A DNA stretch of 64,000 nucleotides from Eledone cirrhosa. Its lineage: Eukaryota. Where the stretch lies: NCBI GenBank assembly GCA_964016885.1, contig OZ024742.1:154814001-154878000 (forward strand), read 5' to 3'. Of the stretch, positions 53,318 to 64,000 are shown piece after piece. The number at the start of each line of letters is the position of its first letter. Within the stretch, counting starts at the first letter, position 1. The position numbers were made by a program, and so were the translations under genes. Under the pieces are notes generated by a model. It was given only the letters and a program-made list of their open reading frames with translations. It was not told the DNA's origin and ran no database searches.

Positions 53318-53884
53318 TTAAGTATTATATCTTAACATCCGACATCATACTACAATCTGCACCATCTCTAAAAACATCTACTTTATTGTGTCAAATCAAC
53401 CATTAACTAATAATTGAATGATCAAGGAGATTAGGAAAAATAACCATTAAGATTATGTGAATACACAGCACTAAGTAATGCTAGCTAGAGAGCCATATAC
53501 TGAATTCAAATGTCAGATGGCCTTTGGAAGATCATCATCTAAGCTGGTCGAAATGTTACAGAATCCATGTCTGATGTGGTCGTATTCATTACATAATAGA
53601 TAACACTGAATAATATATAACAATAATAAAGTAATCAATAAAATGATGTCAGATTCAAGGACATTGTCATCTTCCGTATTATATTGATGTTCTGTGGAAC
53701 ACGGACTGAAATGATTACATCACAACTTGAGAAGTAAAATACCTTAAATGCGCTTAACAATAGTTAGTTGATCGATGAGTACATGAAAACCAACAATAGA
53801 TTAACTATCATAAAATAACAAAATATTTTATATATAATAATCACAGAGAAATCGCAATCATCAACTATATATATATATATAATG

Positions 53885-55390
53885 AAAGATTTTCGATTGA
53901 CGAAATGGGGTTAAATTCAGCTGCTGTGGGCCTGATGGTTTTCTATCAATCCTCCTAAAAACATGCGACCAAACATCGAAAATACCACTGCAGATCCTCT
54001 CCCAAATTCCACTTGCAAGTGGTAAACTACTCGGGAAGCTAAAACAAGGCATAATATCCTTAAAGGTGGAAGCAGAGCAGATGTCTTACGCAGGTTTTGC
54101 AGCATGCTGACTGGATACTCAAACAACTGCTTGACCGTTCGAACGTAGATGCGATATATCTCGAATTTGCCAAGGCATTTAAAAAGGTTAAACATGTAAT
54201 AATATTTTACAAAATATGTAGCTTTGGCATTGTAGGTGAATGATTCATGACAACTTAAATGACAAAAGGAAAACTGTTGCAGCCAATGAGAAACTCTCAA
54301 AGGAAACGACAATAAAAAGTGACATGTCCCAGGGAAGCCTCATGGGAGCAGGACACTAAAGTTTGTGATGGCTCTCTCAGGCATGATTTCTGTAATACAG
54401 TCAGCCTCCCTCGCAGGCTATGTTGATGACAATAAAGTAGCGCAGACAATCAAGAAACAGGGTGATGCTACTCTCTTACAAGATTTAAATGCCATATACA
54501 AATGGGCAAAAAATATGCAATTTAATTACAGGTACGTTTGTTTCAAGTCCTACGCTATCAACCTACAAACACAGGCCCACTAAGACTAAATCCATCAGAC
54601 CAAGCAGAAGCAAAAGCCCTATGTTAATAACAATAGAGGTCCTGACTTTTGACACGAGCAATGATACATCGTTTCATACATACATCGCCAAAATGACGGC
54701 AACGAGTAGACGACTGGAGGTTAGGATTCTGAGGACATTCAGAACATGAGACATGGAAACCAGGTTGTCCTCTGAAGAACGTTCGTTCCTAGACAACTGG
54801 ACTATTGCTCTCAGCCGCGGTCGACCCACATTGTGAAACTAACAACAGAACGTTTTGCAACACAACGAAGCTACACCAAGAGGTTTGCCTCAATGAAAGT
54901 GATGAGCTACTGGGAGAGGCTGAAATATATAAAGCTCTACTCTCTGGAGCGAAAACGTGAGTGATACACAATCATATACTTATGGAAGTTCCTTAAGGGC
55001 TAGCACCATACTGTGACATTAAGTGCAGAACCACTCCACGAACAGGGGTCCAATGTAGTGCCAAATTTCCCATCCTTTGTATCAAGAAAATGAACCACAC
55101 ACAGCAAATAGTCAGGGTTTCGAAACCCCCAGCTCTTTAATAAGCTGCAACAACATCTAGAGATCTACATGTCGTACATATAGATGTTTTCAAGAAATAT
55201 TTCGACATGCTGCTGACCAAGATATTTGATGAACCGACAACACGAGGCGAGGTGCAAATAAGGGCCGCTGCAACAAAATCCCTTTTGCATCAATGGCAAA
55301 CCAAGGGCGCCCAGCTCTAAAAAGTGTAGTGTCAATGGCGGTGCCCCAGCATGACCTCAGAGTCTCAGCTGGAACACTTGATAAAGTAAC
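53885..55390 (+). mobile_element. CR1-like LINE relic (RT to 3' tail)
   Basis: NVDAIYLEFAKAFKKV, SLAGYVDDNKV and DLNAIYKWAKNMQFN. Tail GGCGGTGCCCCAGCATGACCTCAG...GCTGGAACA...GTAA at 55337-55389. Confidence 0.85.
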
Positions 55391-55392
55391 AA

Positions 55393-55460
<68 letters not shown>

Positions 55461-55465
<5 letters not shown>

Positions 55466-55853
55466 TAAACGGAATAGAAATGCTGACAAATTGTTCACAG
55501 TTGAAAAATGGTTTAATTAGGAATAAAAGAGTATTAGTAATTGTATGGGTTAGTATTCAGTTGTGGTTTTAAGTTTTTAAGTTATTACCGGTTGCGCATT
55601 TCTAAATGCTTTTCAAAAATAATTTTGAGATAGAGTGTCCGTGTTGTTTGCTCAGATCAGAGCAAACAACACGGACACTCTATCTCAAAGTTATTTTTGA
55701 AAAGCATTTAGAAATGCGCAACCGGTAATAACTTAAAAACTTAAAACCACAACTGAATACTAACCCATACAATCACTAATACTCTTTTATTCCTAATTAA
55801 ACCATTTTTCGACTGTGAACAATTTGTCAGCATTTTCTATTCCGTTTACCAAT
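55461..55853. repeat. Near-perfect 393-bp palindrome (about 193-bp arms, 6-nt centre) in (TA)n
   Basis: Arms 55461-55653 and 55660-55853 are reverse complements, with about 3 substitutions and 1 indel by eye. Confidence 0.97.
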
Positions 55854-55989
55854 ATATAATAAATTGTGTGTTACACCTCTATTCTTTTAACTATATATAT
55901 ATATATATATATATAGCCCTCTGCCGCTCATCTCGAATTTTGTTTATCGTGAACTCGTGCGCCGATTTTTCGATACTCGATTATTCTAC

Positions 55990-56021
<32 letters not shown>

Positions 56022-56067
56022 ATATATTATATATATATATTATATATATATATATTATATATATATA

Positions 56068-56155
<88 letters not shown>

Positions 56156-56160
56156 TTATA

Positions 56161-56223
<63 letters not shown>

Positions 56224-56280
56224 ATATATTATATATATATATATATTATATATATATATATTATATATATATATATATTT

Positions 56281-56312
<32 letters not shown>

Positions 56313-56355
56313 ATATATTATATATATATATATTATATATATATATATATTTTAT

Positions 56356-56420
<65 letters not shown>

Positions 56421-56423
56421 TAT
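55990..56423. repeat. Long interrupted (TA)n tract
   Basis: Seen directly. Confidence 0.97.
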
Positions 56424-56530
56424 GTACTAGCTACGTCAGTACATATTCTAAAAATTCAACGGTACAGAGAAGATTAGCATGGCCCCTGAGCAAGGATGAC
56501 ACGCAAACTGGTGAAGCATTCCATATTGTT
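56424..56530 (+). pseudogene. U6: U6 snRNA full-length retrocopy
   Basis: GTACTAGCTACGTCAGTACATATTCTAAAA...ACAGAGAAGATTAGCATGGCCCCTGAGCAAGGATGACACGCAAA...GTGAAGCATTCCATATT is collinear with U6 (ACAGAGA box, AGC triad, ISL). It has multiple substitutions, a broken T-terminator and only (TA)n upstream, with no PSE. Confidence 0.93.
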
Positions 56531-56597
56531 AACAGGGTGGTACCTGAGCATGGCCTCAACCGGATATGCTGGAACAGGTAAAAGAGTAAAAGAGTAA
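56531..56597 (+). mobile_element. CR1-like LINE 3' tail fused to U6
   Basis: GGTGGTACCTGAGCATGGCCTCAACC...GCTGGAACAG(GTAAAAGA)2GTAA aligns with the LINE tails at 55337-55389 and 47499-47547(-). Confidence 0.75.
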
Positions 56598-58620
56598 CAG
56601 AAATAACAAAGCAAACGTCACAGAACAATGAAGAAATATATTATTACTTTTATACTTGATATTGTAGCAAAATAATCTTAGCGTTTCAAACGCTAGTTCT
56701 TCATCAGAATAGAGAATGAAAAATTAGAAATATTAAGGAGACGGGCATTGGTGAAAACGTGAAATTTTGTTTCAGAGAAAAATAAATACCCCCATTCATG
56801 TGGCCATCTCTAGAACTCCTGTCTGGCATATTGTTCCAAATAGTGAACATAAATATATCCAGATTAGTCAAAACCAAACACGAAGATTGGGAAACAGAAA
56901 CTGTATACTTTCAACCGACCCCATGTATCAAATCGTTACTGCTTAACAATATTCTACATCACACACCTCCTAAATATGTCTACATCTCTCGGTAAACCGC
57001 ACACTTGTGTATGACAAATGACATCGGACTGCAGCCGTTGTATTACAATATAATACATATTTGCAGTCATTACGATCCTATTGTGTAATTGGCCATGTTC
57101 CGTAGTTTCACTCTTACCACACGAATAATAATAAATTAACACATGGTTACACTGATGTGATGAAACATGAACACTAAGCAAATTATCTGCTAAAATTGAG
57201 AACTCCGATCCAAACACGCAGTCCTCGTGTAAAACACTTTCTATGAACACAGTATTAACGAACATTTTTTTTACATAATACATAGCAGAACTCAAAACAA
57301 ACTCCATGAAATCCACTATAAACAAAACATCTGTTCATGATATCTTTCGTTTAACGCAGCGCCTTAGTGGTAAAATTAACTTTTAGGCTCCCTCCAACAA
57401 GCAAAACTTTCGTTCTGTCATTTAGTGTTTTTTACAGTAAAACGGTAAAACAAAATCTAGTCGAAATCACACTTCTTTCTTGAGAACAAACAACCAAAAC
57501 AACACAATTATATTTACGATTATGTTTACCATTGTTGTTGCTACGGAAATAGCAACAAAACAACTAGAGTTCTGGTCTAAGAATTTCAACACATGTGCGA
57601 CGACAACAAACAGTACACAAAACACACACACACCCAGACGCACACATGAAGAAAAAACAAACCAATTTTACAAACCGTTTACTCCTACTGTTTCGTAAAG
57701 TTATATTTTTTCTTCCTGCCAGAAAAAACAAAAAACAACAAAAAAAAATCTATGATTTTCTAACTCAATCTTTTTCATATTTTACTTCTGTTTACTTAGA
57801 TTTCATGTTGTGCCGTTGTTTAGAGATTACAATTTTTCTGTACTGTTTTTGGCACAATCCTTTTGCCAGCTTTGTTTTTACTGTTTTATTATTGCATTTT
57901 GATTGAATTTACCATTTCACATGTTCACACACACGAAATTATTCATTTTAACATTTTACACATATTTCCACTCAAACACAAATATTTAGTTATTGTATGC
58001 GATTTATCTGGGATTTGGCGAGATATTCTTGAATTTCAACAACATTTCGAAGAACGCATTAGTAGTTAATTCACACAACCGTCCATCTACACATTAAGTC
58101 GCGAAACTGCACATCTCTGACACATTTGCAAACGCAAATAGAAACTATATAACCACAATAAACATTAGCCTAGTCTCACCTGTCCTGACATTCTGGTTTG
58201 CACACACTAGGCTACAGAAAACGCAAAGCTCCGTAAGTTGTTAGGCCCTAAAGATATCGATCCTTCATTTTCAAACCCTACACTAGAAGCACTAAGTTCT
58301 CTCATTCGATATTTCCTTATATTTCAATCTATTGTTATGTCAGCAATGTGTCCAGGAAGGTACTGTAAGAAAATCCGGTTATGAAAGGCAGATCTATAGA
58401 GCTATAAGGCCATCGAAGGAAATATCTATGTTAAAACTTGGGTTATTTTAGCAGATCTCTCGACTGCATTACCCTCATTCTGCTTTCACACTGCTGGTCT
58501 CTGACAGTCGAACGTAAAATAATATATTAATTAACTAGCTTACATTGTCCTATACTTTCATTGCTTCACATTATCTACACTCAAACGTTAACACGCAAGT
58601 GTACATGTATATATATATAT

Positions 58621-58698
<78 letters not shown>

Positions 58699-58699
58699 A

Positions 58700-59760
58700 A
58701 ATGTGTGAGATTCTTTGTTACAGTTAGGTACATCTGAATAAAAGAACTACAAGTGAAGTCATTCTTTTCCTTTTTTTCAAATATTTCACAATGATTGTGT
58801 TGCTGCTCAGAGTTTGTGCTGCCCTGCACCTTGCATATTTGAAATACATCTACAGCTGTGATTTTCCTGTATCTTCCTTGAAACATTAAAAAGCTTGTCC
58901 AGACAGGTTTTTCTATCCCCTGGAAGTTTTTTCATTAGTGGTTCGTTTGCAGTAAACCAGCCTCGAGGATTATTTCTCTGTATAGCCCAAATTTGAGGCC
59001 GCTGCCTTATTAAGCTGTTTGCTGAAAGACAGACATGTATACCAAAAATCGCTACGTTTTACAATCACACAGTCACAAATATGCCAAGGTGGTGATCTTG
59101 TGTGCATCCAGGTCCCATTGTACATATTTTTCTGTCTGAAAAATTGTTTCCTATGACAAGATCGAATTCCTGGCACACCTGCAGTAGATGAAGTTTGTTG
59201 TTATTACGCTAACCCGTTCCTTGACAAACTATGCTGCTCCATCTTGCAGCTTCGCCACCTCAGCGAGCATTCAAATCACTAGATACATTTTTCGAAGCTC
59301 TTCGCAGATCCGCATAAAATGTATTTATTCTCAGGGTCTTTAAATCGTTGGATGATACTCACTGACAAAAGTCATAAAACGGTCAAATTCGAGTAGCAAC
59401 ATTATTGTTATCCGATCGGAGATACTATGCGAAGTCTCCATCAGATGTTGCACCAGTGACATTTATAAACCAATACCGACTCCGGCTTCACGATGCTCAT
59501 CTGCTGTCCGATCTTAATAGAATGAAGTATATCCGGAGTCTGATTTCTCCAGCTAGCCATCATTATGTTTCAGTGATATCGAAAATATTCCGTTTCAACT
59601 GACGTAGTGACAAAGCATATTGGGTAACATATTGCCAGTAGCGCTCAAGAGTGACCTGACATACTATATCCTTATATCATGAACTGAGCACAGAATATGA
59701 CCATCAACAGCACACTTTTATTTCTCTCTCCAAGAAGTGGTTGTACAAGAACACGAGTTG
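58700..59760 (-). mobile_element. RTE (BovB-like) LINE relic, APE region
   Basis: C.EFDLVIGN./FFRQKNMYNGTWMHTRSPPWHICDCVIVKRSD corresponds to the RTE 'TWMHPRS..WH..DYVIV...D' motif. Confidence 0.8.
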
Positions 59761-59798
59761 GTTCCCCCACTCTCTCTCTCTCTCTCTCTCTCTCTGTC

Positions 59799-59845
<47 letters not shown>

Positions 59846-59852
59846 TATTTAT

Positions 59853-60770
<918 letters not shown>

Positions 60771-60773
60771 TAT

Positions 60774-60814
<41 letters not shown>

Positions 60815-60914
60815 AATCAATTGACAACCAAAGAAGGTACTTGAAAGATTGTATTAATATCTGAACGCGTTTCAACTTCAATATTACCAAGTAACACTCA
60901 CTAAAGTATTGTCA

Positions 60915-61056
<142 letters not shown>

Positions 61057-61378
61057 GTTTCGGCTCTGATCAGCTCAAGGTTCGATCTGTATCGATTTTA
61101 TCCGACCCTATAATCGGCAGCTCAACGGACCCTTTAAAATGGTAGAAGAGCTGCCGATTATAGAGTCGGGTAAGATCGATACAGATCTGACCTTGATCTG
61201 ATCAGTGGCGAAAGGCGAGTCACGTAACTATAAATGTAATGAAGGAGTAACCAATCGTCCTTGTTATCAGTTCAATATAATACACTCTGTATAGCTCTAC
61301 ACCTCATCACAGAAGTGAAACTAAATATCGAGTGCTCCCCCGGGTGAACCTGCAGTAACTCCAAGTTGCACTCCGTAG
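61057..61378 (-). mobile_element. (TA)n-embedded foldback element, same family as 36995-38087
   Basis: Arms 61066-61123 and 61148-61205; 61165-61378 is the reverse complement of the 36995-37390 leader and repeat. Confidence 0.8.

Positions 61379-64000
<2,622 letters not shown>

Noticed and set aside
56424-56530. Functional U6 gene
   Set aside because: Only (TA)n lies upstream (no PSE), the 5' stem has substitutions, the terminator is broken and a retroelement tail follows.

Overview
AT-rich eukaryotic (metazoan) non-coding DNA. The SINE families and the density of (TA)n/(TG)n tracts look like a cephalopod, probably Octopus; this is inferred from sequence recall, not from a database search. 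I find no intact protein-coding gene: the supplied ORFs are microsatellite read-through, chance ORFs or decayed transposon pieces. The window is a mosaic of (i) non-LTR retrotransposon relics from the R4/Dong, L1/Tx1, CR1-like, RTE and CRE clades plus Penelope-like elements (PLE); (ii) two hAT relics, one with TIRs and an 8-bp TSD; (iii) two Helitron/Helentron-type non-autonomous elements; (iv) many tRNA-derived SINEs; and (v) a 25-bp minisatellite of about 51 copies. Two signals stand out. First, about a dozen short elements sit inside (TA)n tracts; many fold back on themselves, several share an RRG(T/C)ACTC(A/G)AT motif near one end, and some carry minimal hammerhead-ribozyme cores (best at 60663-60714 + and 39104-39161 -). 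They look like a retrozyme-like, PLE-dependent family. Second, a full-length U6 snRNA copy is fused directly to a CR1-like LINE 3' tail, which is either a U6/LINE chimera or a U6-headed SINE. Boundaries of decayed elements are approximate.
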